Shown here piece after piece: positions 11,405 to 21,845 of a stretch of DNA of 32,000 nt. The notes beneath the pieces are model-generated. The model was given only the letters and a program-made list of their open reading frames with translations. It was not told the DNA's origin and did not search any database. The DNA is from Prochlorococcus marinus subsp. pastoris str. CCMP1986. Its GTDB lineage: Bacteria; Cyanobacteriota; Cyanobacteriia; PCC-6307; Cyanobiaceae. Where the stretch lies: NCBI RefSeq assembly GCF_000011465.1, contig NC_005072.1, forward strand, positions 1,470,001 through 1,502,000, read 5' to 3'. Every line of letters starts with the position of its first letter. The stretch's first letter is position 1. A program made the translations under genes and the position numbers.

Positions 11405-11941
11405 TTAATTACTAAAAGGCATTCCTAGCTCTTTCAAGAGAGCTTTACCCTCTTGATCGGTTGAGGCGCTGGTTACGATTGTTATGTCCATTCCTCTAAT
11501 GGAATCTATTTTATCAAATGAAATTTCAGGAAATATCAATTGCTCTTTTACTCCTAAAGTATAATTACCTCTTCCATCAAAGCTTTTTGGATTAACACCT
11601 CTGAAGTCTCTAATTCTTGGTAAGGCTAGATTTATAAATCTTTCTAAAAAAGAATACATCCTATCTCCCCTAAGGGTAACTGTACAGCCAATTGCCATTC
11701 CCTCCCTTATTTTAAAGCCAGCAATTGCTTTTTTGGATCTTGTAACTAAAGCTTTTTGTCCCGTAATAGTTGCCATTTCATTTAAAGAGGCCTCTAAAGC
11801 CTTTGAATTTGAAGCAGCTTCTCCAAGACCTCTATTTACGTTAACTTTAATAACCTTGGGTACTTGATGAATATTTTTAAGACCAAGGTCTTTTAAAAGC
11901 TTTGGTCTTATTGCTTCTTTGTAGCGAGTTTTAAGAGTCAT
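11405..11941 (-). CDS. rplE: 50S ribosomal protein L5
   Basis: [33 protein letters not shown] and [16 protein letters not shown]. Confidence 0.96.
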   Translation of the reverse strand: MTLKTRYKEAIRPKLLKDLGLKNIHQVPKVIKVNVNRGLGEAASNSKALEASLNEMATITGQKALVTRSKKAIAGFKIREGMAIGCTVTLRGDRMYSFLERFINLALPRIRDFRGVNPKSFDGRGNYTLGVKEQLIFPEISFDKIDSIRGMDITIVTSASTDQEGKALLKELGMPFSN

Positions 11942-12016
11942 GATTTTTGTAATTAATTCTGGTCTTTGTCAGAATTGTGTAATAAGAAAATTGAAATCTC
12001 GTTTTTGATGAAGAAT

Positions 12017-12373
12017 TTAATCAATTAATTCACCAGTTTTTTTTAATCTCCTTTTTTTAACTCCCTCTTTATCAATAAAATATTCTATTTTACTTATTAG
12101 ATTTTTATCCTTTGAAAAAAACATTACATTAGAAGCATGTAATGATGCTTCTTCTGTCAATATTCTCCCACTTTCACCTTCTTGAGATGGTTTTACATGT
12201 TTTGTTCTAAGATTTACTCCCTTCACAACTACTCTATTCTCTAGGGGGATAGTTTTTAAAACTTCACCAGTTTTACCTTTTTCTTTACCGTTAATAACTT
12301 TGACTAAGTCTCCTGTTTTAATTCTCATTTTTATTCTTTTGAAGTTTTTCTTTTGTTTAAGTGAGTCCAACAT
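12017..12373 (-). CDS. rplX: 50S ribosomal protein L24
   Basis: [28 protein letters not shown] (KOW motif). The true start may be the internal Met of MRIKTGD. Confidence 0.94.
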   Translation of the reverse strand: MLDSLKQKKNFKRIKMRIKTGDLVKVINGKEKGKTGEVLKTIPLENRVVVKGVNLRTKHVKPSQEGESGRILTEEASLHASNVMFFSKDKNLISKIEYFIDKEGVKKRRLKKTGELID

Positions 12374-12739
12374 TTAAATAACCTCCGGAGCTAAAGAAAC
12401 GATCTTTGTAAAGTTCTTATCTCGTAATTCCCTTGCTACTGGACCAAATACTCTTGTACCTTTTGGATTTTTATCTTCATTAATCAAAACGGCTGCATTA
12501 TCATCAAAACGAATTGAGTTCCCTGTATTTCTTCTTAAAGTATGTCTTGTCCTAACAATAACTGCTTTAACGACATCTGATTTTTTAACCCCCATATTTG
12601 GCAATGCGTCTTTTACTGATGCAACGACAACATCTCCCACATGTGCATATCTTCTATTTGAACCCAGCACTCTTATGCATTGAAGTCTTTTAGCTCCACT
12701 GTTATCAGCAACAGTTAAGTAAGTTTCCTGTTGAATCAT
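12374..12739 (-). CDS. rplN: 50S ribosomal protein L14
   Basis: [26 protein letters not shown] and [28 protein letters not shown]. Confidence 0.97.
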   Translation of the reverse strand: MIQQETYLTVADNSGAKRLQCIRVLGSNRRYAHVGDVVVASVKDALPNMGVKKSDVVKAVIVRTRHTLRRNTGNSIRFDDNAAVLINEDKNPKGTRVFGPVARELRDKNFTKIVSLAPEVI

Positions 12740-13002
12740 TTTTTATCCTCCTTACTCATTATTGTTTTATTTAGAATTTCCTCTATTGCCCATCTTTTAT
12801 GAGCACTTAGTGGTCTTGTTTCTTTAATTTTAACTCGATCTCCCAAAACACATGAGTTTTCTGGATCATGTGCCTTGTAACGAGTAGTTTTACTTACAAT
12901 CTTTTTATAAGTTGGATGTGGGTATCTATTGATTACGGCAACAACAACTGTTTTGTCCATTTTGTCGCTTACAACAGTACCAATTCTTTCTTTAAGTGCC
13001 AT
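12736..13002 (-). CDS. rpsQ: 30S ribosomal protein S17
   Basis: [39 protein letters not shown]. Confidence 0.96.
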   Translation of the reverse strand: MALKERIGTVVSDKMDKTVVVAVINRYPHPTYKKIVSKTTRYKAHDPENSCVLGDRVKIKETRPLSAHKRWAIEEILNKTIMSKEDKK

Positions 13003-13010
13003 AGCAATAA

Positions 13011-13229
13011 TTAATCAGCGGGTTTTTGAGAAGTGGATTGACTTTTACTAAGAGTAAGTAATTGTGCAACTTGTTTCTTGATGATTTTAAATTTATGAGT
13101 TTCATTAAGCTGTCTTGTTGCCTGTTTGAATCTCAAGTCGAAGAGATCTTTTCGTAGTTGATCAATTTTTTCAGTTATTTGAGAAGAATTTAACTTTTTA
13201 AATTCTTTTATAGATTCTGAATTTTTCAT
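13011..13229 (-). CDS. rpmC: 50S ribosomal protein L29
   Basis: [35 protein letters not shown], in the expected position between rplP and rpsQ. Confidence 0.93.
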   Translation of the reverse strand: MKNSESIKEFKKLNSSQITEKIDQLRKDLFDLRFKQATRQLNETHKFKIIKKQVAQLLTLSKSQSTSQKPAD

Positions 13230-13708
13230 TTTTTAACCTCCTCTTTTGAATCTTTCCCTGTCTTACCTTCTCCTGATGAATCACTACTTAGATTTATATC
13301 ACTAGAAATAAATTTTGTTTTTACTGGTAATTTATATTGGGCTAAACGCATAGCTTCTTTTGCAATTTCTTCTGTAATCTCTTCACCACCCATTTCAAAT
13401 AATATTCTTCCAGGTTTCACAACAGCTACCCAAAACTCTGGATTACCTTTTCCTGATCCCATCCTAGTTTCAGCTGGTCTCATAGTGACTGGTTTATCTG
13501 GGAAAATACGAATCCATATTTTTCCACCACGTTTAACATATCTTGTCATTGCTCTTCTACTTGCTTCAATCTGTCGAGCAGTTACCCACCCACAATCTTG
13601 AGCTTGGAGTGCAAACTGACCAAATGCAATTGTATTACCCTTAGAGGCAATTCCTTTCATTCTGCCTCTATGCTGTTTTCGGAATTTAGTACGTTTTGGA
13701 CTAAGCAT
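13226..13708 (-). CDS. rplP: 50S ribosomal protein L16
   Basis: [36 protein letters not shown]. Confidence 0.97.
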   Translation of the reverse strand: MLSPKRTKFRKQHRGRMKGIASKGNTIAFGQFALQAQDCGWVTARQIEASRRAMTRYVKRGGKIWIRIFPDKPVTMRPAETRMGSGKGNPEFWVAVVKPGRILFEMGGEEITEEIAKEAMRLAQYKLPVKTKFISSDINLSSDSSGEGKTGKDSKEEVKK

Positions 13709-13719
13709 TGTTATACCTC

Positions 13720-14451
13720 CTATGAATTCTCATTTGAACGGTCCTCAAATTGCTGAGGTTTTCGACTTCCTTTCCTTCTTGGAATAGCACCAACAGGAAT
13801 AGTTTGTTCTTCTTTGGGAAGAACCTCCCCTTTGAAAACCCAAACTTTAATTCCTAGTACACCATAAGTTGTATTTGCTTCGCGCAGTGCATAATCAACC
13901 TCAGCTCTCAAAGTATGAAGAGGAACCCTACCTTCTCTAGTCCACTCTGTTCTAGCTATTTCTGCACCATTGAGTCGTCCTCCTACTTGTACTTTTAAGC
14001 CTAGAACACCAGCTCTTTGTGCTCTTTGCAAAGCCATCCTTATAGTTCTTCTAAAGGCAACTCTTTTTTCTAATTGTTGTGCTATGTATTCAGCAAGTAA
14101 ATATGCATCCGCGTCAACTCTCTCCACTTCAACTACATTAATTCGAACTTGCCTTGTTCTATCTCCTATAGTTTTTTGTATACCTGACCGCAATTCTTCG
14201 ATACCGCTTCCTTGCCTGCCTACAATCACTCCAGGTCTAGCTGTTTTCAATTCAAGTTCTAACTGGTCAGCTTTTCTAGCAATTAGTACATCGCTGATTC
14301 CAGCTGAACTATATTTCTTTTGGATAAAAGTACGAATTTTATCATCTTCTTGAAGAAGAGTTGGATAAGTTTTAGAAGTTGCGAACCATTTTGAACGATG
14401 TTCTTGTGTGATGCCTAACCTAAACCCTGTTGGGTTGATTTTATTACCCAT
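13720..14451 (-). CDS. rpsC: 30S ribosomal protein S3
   Basis: [24 protein letters not shown], a KH-domain [15 protein letters not shown], and [10 protein letters not shown]-like [14 protein letters not shown]. Confidence 0.97.
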   Translation of the reverse strand: MGNKINPTGFRLGITQEHRSKWFATSKTYPTLLQEDDKIRTFIQKKYSSAGISDVLIARKADQLELELKTARPGVIVGRQGSGIEELRSGIQKTIGDRTRQVRINVVEVERVDADAYLLAEYIAQQLEKRVAFRRTIRMALQRAQRAGVLGLKVQVGGRLNGAEIARTEWTREGRVPLHTLRAEVDYALREANTTYGVLGIKVWVFKGEVLPKEEQTIPVGAIPRRKGSRKPQQFEDRSNENS

Positions 14452-14837
14452 TAGTTTTGTGCCTCCGTATTAGTTTGATTAGGAGCAGATTCTACAGAAA
14501 TACTTATATGGCAAGTCTGTTTTTTGATGGAGAAAGCTCTACCTTGAGCTCTCGGTCTGAACCTTTTCATCACCGGCCCGTTATCAGCTGAAGCTGAAGA
14601 TATTACTAGGGATGAGGGATCCATACCCAAGTTATGTTCTGCATTAGCTACTGCAGATCTTAAAACCTTAGTAATAGGATCAGTAGATCTATATGGCATA
14701 AATTCCAACATAATAAGCGCATCTCTATAAGATTTACCTCTAATTTGATCGAGAACTCTTCTTACTTTTGATGCAGAACCACGAATGTACTTACCGTGAG
14801 CAATAGCTGTTTTTGTCATTTCAGGTGTTTTTGTCAT
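14451..14837 (-). CDS. rplV: 50S ribosomal protein L22
   Basis: [31 protein letters not shown]...[24 protein letters not shown]. Confidence 0.95.
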   Translation of the reverse strand: MTKTPEMTKTAIAHGKYIRGSASKVRRVLDQIRGKSYRDALIMLEFMPYRSTDPITKVLRSAVANAEHNLGMDPSSLVISSASADNGPVMKRFRPRAQGRAFSIKKQTCHISISVESAPNQTNTEAQN

Positions 14838-15113
14838 TTATCTAGCCCCCTTCTTATCTCTTAAGTGGCCACGATAGGTTCTTGTAGGAGCAAATTCACC
14901 TAATTTATGGCCAATCATTTGTTCAGTTATAAATACTGGTATATGGGCCTTACCATTGTGAACAGCAATCGTATGACCAATCATAACAGGGAGTATAGTC
15001 GAAGATCTAGACCATGTTTTGATGACTGATTTATCATTATCAGTATTTTGTTTTTCTACCTTTTTAAGCAAACTATCTGCAATAAAAGGCCCTTTTTTTA
15101 ATGAACGTCCCAT
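14838..15113 (-). CDS. rpsS: 30S ribosomal protein S19
   Basis: [20 protein letters not shown]...[32 protein letters not shown]. Confidence 0.97.
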   Translation of the reverse strand: MGRSLKKGPFIADSLLKKVEKQNTDNDKSVIKTWSRSSTILPVMIGHTIAVHNGKAHIPVFITEQMIGHKLGEFAPTRTYRGHLRDKKGAR

Positions 15114-15124
15114 AATTTATAAAA

Positions 15125-15151
15125 TAGAAATAGAAATAGAAATAGAAATAG
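15125..15151. repeat. Short tandem hexanucleotide repeat (TAGAAA)x4 plus TAG
   Basis: Direct reading of 15121-15152: aaaaTAGAAATAGAAATAGAAATAGAAATAGt. It sits in the 44-nt spacer between rplB and rpsS. Confidence 0.9.
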
Positions 15152-15157
15152 TAGTAA

Positions 15158-16021
15158 TCAAGAATCTCTTCCTCCTCTACTTCTCTTAGAAATACGACGA
15201 CGTCTTCGAACAACTAATTTGTTACTTGGCTTGTTTTTCTTACGTGTCTTTAATCCAAGTGCTGCCTTACCCCAAGGAGTTACAGGGCCTGCCCTACCAA
15301 TCGGGGCTTTCCCCTCTCCTCCACCATGTGGATGATCACATGGGTTCATAACACTACCTCTTACTTGAGGTCTTCTACCTAACCATCTTCTTCTGCCTGC
15401 TTTTCCTAAGCTAGTATTACGTATTTCAGAATTACCTACTTCACCTAAAGTTGCATAACATTCCTTGCGTACAAGTCTAACTTCAGTAGATGGGAGTTTT
15501 AAAGCGACATACTCTCCTTCTTTCGCCATTAGTTGTGCACTAGCTCCTGCAGATCTGACCATTTGAGCACCTCTACCAGCATATAGTTCTACACAATGAA
15601 CATTTGATCCTAATGGCATGGAAGATAGGGGCATTGCATTCCCTTCTTCAATTGGAACACCTTCACCAGAAATTACATTTTGACCTACTTTTATTCCCGC
15701 AGGAGCGATTATATATCTTTTCTCTCCGTCTTCATAGAATAAAAGTGCGAGTCTCGCATTTCTATGGGGATCATAATGAATAGCTGCAACCTTTGCATTA
15801 ATATTTTTTTTGTCTCTTCTGAAATCTACTAATCTGTATTGTCTTTTGTGTCCGCCCCCTCTGTGACGACAGGTGATAACTCCTCTATTATTTCTACCTT
15901 TATTTCTATGCTTAGAAACTATTAATGATCTTTCTGGTTTAGAACCCGTAATCTCACTAAAGTCAGTAACAACTCTTTGTCTAGTTCCAGGTGTATAGGG
16001 TTTGAATTTACGAATAGCCAT
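15158..16021 (-). CDS. rplB: 50S ribosomal protein L2
   Basis: [26 protein letters not shown] and [21 protein letters not shown]. Confidence 0.97.
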   Translation of the reverse strand: MAIRKFKPYTPGTRQRVVTDFSEITGSKPERSLIVSKHRNKGRNNRGVITCRHRGGGHKRQYRLVDFRRDKKNINAKVAAIHYDPHRNARLALLFYEDGEKRYIIAPAGIKVGQNVISGEGVPIEEGNAMPLSSMPLGSNVHCVELYAGRGAQMVRSAGASAQLMAKEGEYVALKLPSTEVRLVRKECYATLGEVGNSEIRNTSLGKAGRRRWLGRRPQVRGSVMNPCDHPHGGGEGKAPIGRAGPVTPWGKAALGLKTRKKNKPSNKLVVRRRRRISKRSRGGRDS

Positions 16022-16033
16022 AATAAATACTCC

Positions 16034-16336
16034 TTAAGATTCTGGGAATAGTTGAATTTTGTCTCCTTCAGCAAGACGGACAATTGCCTTTTTAATTTGA
16101 GAACGCTTCCCGGAGAATTTACCGACTCTTCTTGTTCTCCTTGGAGGATTCATAGTGTTTATTCCTATAACTTTAACATCAAACAAGGCCTCAATTGCTG
16201 CCTTTATCTGAGGCTTTGCGGCCCTATGATCTACCTCAAAAGTATATTGGTTAAGATCTAGAGCATTTGTGGCTTTTTCTGTAATTACAGGTTTACGAAT
16301 TATATCTGCTAGACGAGAATCAAATAATCTACTCAT
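16034..16336 (-). CDS. rplW: 50S ribosomal protein L23
   Basis: [45 protein letters not shown]. Confidence 0.95.
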   Translation of the reverse strand: MSRLFDSRLADIIRKPVITEKATNALDLNQYTFEVDHRAAKPQIKAAIEALFDVKVIGINTMNPPRRTRRVGKFSGKRSQIKKAIVRLAEGDKIQLFPES

Positions 16337-16965
16337 GATGCATAAACCTCCTGAATTTTATTGATTGCTGATTGACCAATAACTAACTTATTAGCATTGA
16401 GGATATCAAAAACATTTAATTGATCGGCAGCAATTAATTTTACCTTTTCAAGGTTGTTAATAGATTTTTTAATGACATCCGAGGGATTATCAAGAATAAC
16501 TAAAACCTTTTCTGTCTTTTCTATTCCTAATCTAGAAAGACCATTAATTATCTCACTAGTTTTTGGTTGGTCTAATGTTGAACCAAAGTCTTCAACAGTT
16601 TTGAAATCAGAAATCCTAGACATTAAGGCTGTTCTAAGTGCTAATCTTCTTTCTTTTCGGTTCATATCTAAGTTATACGAACGTGGTTTAGGGCCAAAAA
16701 TTACCCCTCCTCCTGGTCTTAATGGGGTTCTAATTGATCCTTGACGAGCTCTACCCGTACCCTTTTGCTTATATGGCTTCCTACCTCCTCCACGAACTTC
16801 AGACCTTGTCAAAGTAGATGCAGTTCCCTGTCTTTTGTTAGCTAATTGTCTAAGAACAGCTCTATGGATTAAATCGGCAGAGGAAGTCTCTTTGGCAACT
16901 TTTAAATCAATTGAGACTTTGCCAGCTTTTTTGCCATCCCATTTTAAAGTTTCAAGGGTTGTCAT
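16333..16965 (-). CDS. rplD: 50S ribosomal protein L4
   Basis: [51 protein letters not shown]. Confidence 0.96.
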   Translation of the reverse strand: MTTLETLKWDGKKAGKVSIDLKVAKETSSADLIHRAVLRQLANKRQGTASTLTRSEVRGGGRKPYKQKGTGRARQGSIRTPLRPGGGVIFGPKPRSYNLDMNRKERRLALRTALMSRISDFKTVEDFGSTLDQPKTSEIINGLSRLGIEKTEKVLVILDNPSDVIKKSINNLEKVKLIAADQLNVFDILNANKLVIGQSAINKIQEVYAS

Positions 16966-17615
16966 GATTTTGCTCCTCCTTTGTTACCTACAACATTATT
17001 AGGCTTTATATTTACTATCGAGCCAGGTTTGCCTGGTACAGAACCTTTTACAACAAGTAAATTTTTCTGATCATCAATTTTGACCACTAGTAAACCTTTT
17101 GTCGTGATTTTTTTACCTCCATATCTTCCTGCCATCCTTTTACCAGGATAAATTCTACCTGGAGTTGTTCCAGCACCTGTTGATCCTGGAGCTCTATGAT
17201 TTTTGGAACCATGACTCATAGGTCCTCTACTAAAACCATGTCTTTTTTGATATCCAGAGAAACCTCTACCCATTGATTTCCCACTAATATCAACTTTCTG
17301 ACCAACCTCAAAATTTGTAACAGTTATTTCCTTTCCAATTTCATAAGAGGAATTCTCTTCGACTCTGTATTCTTTTAGGTGTTTTAAAAGTATTTCACCT
17401 GATTTTAGTAGATGTCCTTTCTCAGGCTTACTCAAATGCTTATCCTTTGATACTCCATAACCTATTTGAATAGCAGTATAACCATCCAAAGGTTGAGTTT
17501 TTAATTGCGTGACTCGACAAGGTCCAGCCTCTATAAGAGTAACCGGTACTGCATTACCATCCTTATCGAATAATTGAGACATGCCCAATTTTTTTCCTAA
17601 AATTCCTATAGACAT
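16962..17615 (-). CDS. rplC: 50S ribosomal protein L3
   Basis: [17 protein letters not shown] and [26 protein letters not shown]. The start is the internal Met at 17615; the ORF-track start at 17696 adds a non-family 27-aa extension. Confidence 0.95.
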   Translation of the reverse strand: MSIGILGKKLGMSQLFDKDGNAVPVTLIEAGPCRVTQLKTQPLDGYTAIQIGYGVSKDKHLSKPEKGHLLKSGEILLKHLKEYRVEENSSYEIGKEITVTNFEVGQKVDISGKSMGRGFSGYQKRHGFSRGPMSHGSKNHRAPGSTGAGTTPGRIYPGKRMAGRYGGKKITTKGLLVVKIDDQKNLLVVKGSVPGKPGSIVNIKPNNVVGNKGGAKS

Positions 17616-17907
17616 AAGACTTGAATAGGCTAGCTCGTAAATAATTTTTGGTTTATTGTCGAGTCTCTTAAAAGCTTCAACAACGTTATCAATCAAAAAT
17701 TTAATTTAATAGTAGGAGTGAGACTTTTCTGAAATTAGAAAGTTTCTCATCGGGTTAAACCCATCCCAAATTTTTTAACGAAACGCTAAAAACGTGAATG
17801 TTCCAGAGGCTCGGCTAGCTTGCGAGCTTAAAAAAAATTCATCGAATATAAATTGTACATCATCAAGTACCATAAAATGAAATAATATATAGTTAAAGAG
17901 AATCTTT
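17616..17907. promoter_or_regulatory. Divergent intergenic region and presumptive promoter/leader of the ribosomal superoperon (-) and of ndhN-ldpA (+)
   Basis: 292 nt between divergent rplC and ndhN, with short inverted repeats at 17809-17813/17823-17827 and 17723-17730/17737-17743. No promoter was proven. Confidence 0.55.
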
Positions 17908-18378
17908 ATGCCATTACTTCTGACAGGAAAAAAGTTTCATAATGATTTAAATAAAAATAAATGCTTAGCTATGTTTGCACCTTTAGAGGGAGGGTATGAA
18001 ACTCGTCTTTTAAGAAGAATGCGAGCTAAAGGTTTTAAAACTTACATTACCTCTGCTAGAGGATTAGGAGATCCTGAAGTATTTTTACTAAAATTACACG
18101 GTATAAGGCCACCTCATCTCGGTCATCAAAGTATTGGCAGAAATGGTGCTCTTGGAGAAGTTCAGCAAGTAATTCCTCAAGCGTCTGAACTATTTAATGA
18201 GAATGATAAGGATAAATTATTATGGCTATTGGAAGGTCAAGTCTTATCTCAATCTGAGCTTGAAAGCTTAATTAAAATCTGCACTTCAGATAACAAACTA
18301 AAAATTGTTGTTGAAATGGGTGGTTCTAGAAAACTTGAATGGAAATCTTTAAATGATTACATATTGAATGAATTCTGA
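17908..18378 (+). CDS. ndhN: NAD(P)H-quinone oxidoreductase subunit N (NDH-1 subunit N)
   Basis: [43 protein letters not shown]...[24 protein letters not shown]. Confidence 0.9.
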   Translation: MPLLLTGKKFHNDLNKNKCLAMFAPLEGGYETRLLRRMRAKGFKTYITSARGLGDPEVFLLKLHGIRPPHLGHQSIGRNGALGEVQQVIPQASELFNENDKDKLLWLLEGQVLSQSELESLIKICTSDNKLKIVVEMGGSRKLEWKSLNDYILNEF

Positions 18379-19378
18379 AATTGATTTATTTAAAAAAAAT
18401 AAAAAAGGATCAGATAAATGGGTTAAATTAATTTGCGGGGCGAGCAATGAAGATATTGTTGCCATAGAAGATTTAAGTGCTATTTATTCCGCTGCTGGAG
18501 TTGACTATATTGATGTTGCTGCTGACGAATCTATCGTTGAAGCAGCAAGAAATGGTATCAAATGGGCCAAGAAACTCTATGGTGCCTCTCCTGGATTGAT
18601 GATAAGCATTAGTGATGGAAAGGATATACATTTTCGCAAAGCTAAATTTGATCCATTGAAATGCCCCTCTAATTGTCCTAGGCCATGCGAAAGGATTTGC
18701 CCTACCTTTGCAATTGATTATTCTGGGGTAAAAGAAAATAAATGCTATGGATGTGGAAGATGTATAAATAGTTGTCCCCTAAATTTAATTTCTGAATATG
18801 AATATAAATTGTCAAATAATGACTTACCAAAAACTCTACAAACAATAAAACCTGATGCAGTAGAAATTCATACGGAAATCAATCGACTAGATTCTTTTAT
18901 ACAAGTTGCAAATATTCTCAAAACTTCAGGGATAGAATTAAAAAAAATATCTGTAAGTTGTGGATTAAATCAATCCCAAAAAGGACCAAAAGATCTTTTA
19001 AAAGCTCTCTGGGATAGATATGAAATTCTTGTCGAACATAATGTGCCGCTTATTTGGCAACTAGATGGAAGACCTATGTCTGGTGATCTAGCTCCATCAA
19101 CAGGCAAGGATACAGTTAAATTATGGAATAATATAGGATCTCATCTTCCCCCAGGTTTAATTCAACTAGCAGGAGGAACAAATGGAAAAACTCATGAATT
19201 TTTGAAAATAAATAATTTTCCTGATGGAATTGCCTTTGGGAGTTCTGCTAGAAAAATAATGCAACCACTTATTGAAGATGCAAACAAAAATAATAAAAAA
19301 TTATATGAATATCCAGAAAAAATGGATTTAGCAATAAAAAAAGCACAAAAATTGCTTAACCCATGGAAAATCAGCTAA
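18368..19378 (+). CDS. ldpA: LdpA-like (light-dependent period) Fe-S protein
   Basis: Dual 4Fe-4S-type cysteine clusters ([41 protein letters not shown]), with [12 protein letters not shown] and a C-terminal segment resembling cyanobacterial LdpA. Downstream of ndhN, with an 11-nt overlap. Confidence 0.82.
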   Translation: MNSEIDLFKKNKKGSDKWVKLICGASNEDIVAIEDLSAIYSAAGVDYIDVAADESIVEAARNGIKWAKKLYGASPGLMISISDGKDIHFRKAKFDPLKCPSNCPRPCERICPTFAIDYSGVKENKCYGCGRCINSCPLNLISEYEYKLSNNDLPKTLQTIKPDAVEIHTEINRLDSFIQVANILKTSGIELKKISVSCGLNQSQKGPKDLLKALWDRYEILVEHNVPLIWQLDGRPMSGDLAPSTGKDTVKLWNNIGSHLPPGLIQLAGGTNGKTHEFLKINNFPDGIAFGSSARKIMQPLIEDANKNNKKLYEYPEKMDLAIKKAQKLLNPWKIS

Positions 19379-19482
19379 TCGCCTTATTTAATTCAATTAA
19401 AAAACAATTTCATAAAATCTAGAATAAAAATTTCTATTTTTGATAGAAAAAAATCTAGTAATGTATTAAAATAAAATTTCAT

Positions 19483-19554
19483 TGGGCCGTCGCCAAGTGG
19501 TAAGGCATCGGGTTTTGGTCTCGACATTCCTAGGTTCGAATCCTAGCGGCCCAG
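19483..19554 (+). tRNA. tRNA-Gln (anticodon TTG)
   Basis: TGGGCCG...CGGCCCA acceptor pairing, T-arm CCTAGGTTCGAATCCTAG, and anticodon loop TTTTGGT giving TTG. CCA is not encoded. Confidence 0.95.
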
Positions 19555-19571
19555 TTCTAAAAATTAGTTGA

Positions 19572-20348
19572 GTGAGCTCTCATAAATTATTTCTATTTGA
19601 TTTTGATGGGGTTATTGTAGATGGAATGAATGAGTACTGGCACAGTTCATTATTAGCTTTTGAAAAATTTATAAATTCTCCAAAAATCTTAATCGATCAA
19701 AATCTTTACAAGCAAGTTTCAAATACTTTCATAGAAATGAGACCCTGGGTTAAATATGGATGGGAGATGTTAATCATTGTCCACCAAATTATCAAAAGTG
19801 AAGATCCACTAAACAATCAAAACAAAATCAATTTCCTAAATAAATATCATCAAAATTGTCAGAAAGTTTTATTAGAAAATTCTTGGGTGGCTGAAGATTT
19901 ACAAAAATGTCTTGATAAAGCAAGAAAATATCAAATAGAGAATGATTTTGACAATTGGATAAGATTACATCGCCCATTTTATGAAGTTATAGTTTTTATA
20001 GAAAAATTAAAGAAAGAAAAAATCAAGACGGGAATCATAACAACGAAAGGAAAAATATTTGCAGGCAAAATTCTTGAAAAATTAAATATTTACCCGGAGT
20101 TGATTTTTGGCTATGAATCAGGAACAAAAGTTGAGATTATTTCAGAACTCTGGAGAGAATATGAAATCATGGGCTTTATCGAAGATAGGAGAAATACACT
20201 TCTTGATATAAAGCAAAACCCCGTGACAAGTAACATTCCCTGCTACTTGGCTGATTGGGGCTATTTAAAAAATATAGATAGACTTAATTTGCCACTTGAA
20301 ATTAAATTATTAAAGTTGAAAAGTTTAGAAGATTTACTTGCAATTTAG
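19572..20348 (+). CDS. HAD-family hydrolase-like protein
   Basis: Motif I FLFDFDGVIVDG, motif II-like GIITTKG, motif III Lys (GTKVEII) and motif IV GFIEDRRNTLLDI. Confidence 0.8.
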   Translation: MSSHKLFLFDFDGVIVDGMNEYWHSSLLAFEKFINSPKILIDQNLYKQVSNTFIEMRPWVKYGWEMLIIVHQIIKSEDPLNNQNKINFLNKYHQNCQKVLLENSWVAEDLQKCLDKARKYQIENDFDNWIRLHRPFYEVIVFIEKLKKEKIKTGIITTKGKIFAGKILEKLNIYPELIFGYESGTKVEIISELWREYEIMGFIEDRRNTLLDIKQNPVTSNIPCYLADWGYLKNIDRLNLPLEIKLLKLKSLEDLLAI

Positions 20349-20457
20349 TTATCTTCGGCTAAAGTACACATGTACTATGAATTGTAATTATTAATTTTAG
20401 ATTTATTTAAAAATTATAGATTTAAAAATAATTATGAGAACTTATTAATAAATTAAA

Positions 20458-21570
20458 ATGAGTTTAGAAGAAAGAAGAAAAAAGGATTCAAAGGAATCCT
20501 CATCTGAAGAGAAAAACAAAGCATTAAATCTAGTCTTAGGACAAATAGAAAGAAACTTTGGCAGAGGATCAATAATGAGGCTTGGAGATGCCTCCAGAAT
20601 GAAAGTAGAAACAATATCTACAGGAGCTCTTACATTAGACTTAGCATTAGGAGGGGGATATCCAAAGGGAAGAGTGGTTGAAGTTTACGGACCTGAAAGT
20701 TCAGGGAAAACAACCCTAACTCTTCACGCAATAGCAGAAGTACAGAAAAATGGAGGAATAGCAGCATTTGTTGATGCTGAACATGCTTTAGATCCAGTCT
20801 ATGCGGCTTCTCTAGGAGTGGATGTCGAAAATTTACTAGTTTCGCAGCCAGATACAGGTGAAATGGCTTTAGAAATAGTTGATCAACTCATAAGGTCAAC
20901 TGCCGTAGACCTTGTTGTTGTTGACTCAGTAGCAGCATTAACTCCTAGAGCAGAAATAGAAGGTGAAATGGGAGATCACGTTATAGGAAGCCAAGCAAGA
21001 CTAATGAGTCAAGCAATGAGAAAAATAACTGGTAATATTGGCAAATCAGGATGTACAGTGATATTCCTCAATCAATTACGCTTAAAAATCGGAGTTACAT
21101 ATGGAAATCCAGAGACAACTACAGGAGGTAATGCATTAAAGTTTTATGCTTCAGTAAGACTTGACATTAGGAGAATTCAGACTCTTAAAAGAGGTACAGA
21201 AGAATATGGAATAAGAGCAAAAGTTAAAGTAGCAAAAAATAAAGTAGCCCCTCCATTTAGAATTGCAGAGTTTGATATTCTATTCGGCAAAGGAATAAGT
21301 ACGACAGGATGTTTATTAGATTTAGCAGAAGAGACTAATATAATAATTAGGAGAGGTGCTTGGTATAGTTACGAAGGAGAAAACATTGGACAAGGAAGAG
21401 ATAACACAATTATTTGGTTGGATCAGAACTTAGAAATAAAGAATAAAGTAGAATCTATTGTCAAAACGAAACTAACAGAAGGTACTGAAGTAAGTTCTAA
21501 TTCGATGAAAGCATTAAATAATAATCCAGAAAATGATGTGATTGCTAATAACATCAAAAAAATAGCTTAG
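20458..21570 (+). CDS. recA: Recombinase RecA
   Basis: Walker [55 protein letters not shown] and [22 protein letters not shown]. Confidence 0.98.
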
Positions 21571-21588
21571 ATTCATAATGAATCAGCT
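21556..21588 (-). terminator. Putative intrinsic terminator for the minus-strand DUF2839-like gene
   Basis: Minus strand: AGCT-GATTCA-TTA-TGAATC-TA-AGCT-A-TTTTTTT. The hairpin is followed by T7 and overlaps both convergent stop codons. Confidence 0.55.
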
Positions 21589-21818
21589 GGAGTCCACCAA
21601 CCTGCGGCTGGTCCAATAAATCTAACAATTACCCACAAGATAACTAAACCTCCAATTCCATACCAACTAGCTTTTATACTCATTTTCATTAAACTGTCTC
21701 TCTGATTAATGGTAAGAGGCAGCCAATCAAATATTCTAGGTGATTCGTCTGATTTAGATTTAGTATTTTTTTGTTTAGGAGGAAGACCTAATGATTTTCT
21801 CCTTTTTGCTTCTCCCAT
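21573..21818 (-). CDS. DUF2839-like small membrane protein
   Basis: MGEAKRRKSLGLPPKQ at the N terminus and one or two C-terminal hydrophobic helices (WYGIGGLVILWVIVRFIGPAAGWW). The family was recalled from pattern only. Confidence 0.65.
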   Translation of the reverse strand: MGEAKRRKSLGLPPKQKNTKSKSDESPRIFDWLPLTINQRDSLMKMSIKASWYGIGGLVILWVIVRFIGPAAGWWTPADSL

Positions 21819-21845
21819 ATTTAAAGATATTTCCTAAATAATAAC

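Noticed and set aside
11394-11405. Apparent absence of rpsN (S14) between rplE and rpsH, and of rpmD and infA elsewhere in the operon
   Set aside because: Cyanobacterial ribosomal superoperons commonly have this arrangement, with these genes elsewhere or absent, so it is not evidence of local loss.
13970-14353. 127-aa plus-strand ORF antisense to rpsC, the longest shadow ORF in the window
   Set aside because: It lies wholly inside the highly conserved rpsC, and its low-complexity Ser/Cys/Ile/Leu-rich composition is typical of a codon-bias shadow. No independent start or context supports it.
16052-16744. Plus-strand ORFs 16052..16261 and 16454..16744, antisense to rplW and rplD
   Set aside because: Shadow ORFs over conserved ribosomal genes with no recognisable domain.
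17616-17696. 27-aa N-terminal extension of L3 in the ORF track ([27 protein letters not shown])
   Set aside because: Canonical L3 starts at [14 protein letters not shown]. The extension matches nothing in the family and probably reflects leader sequence read in frame.
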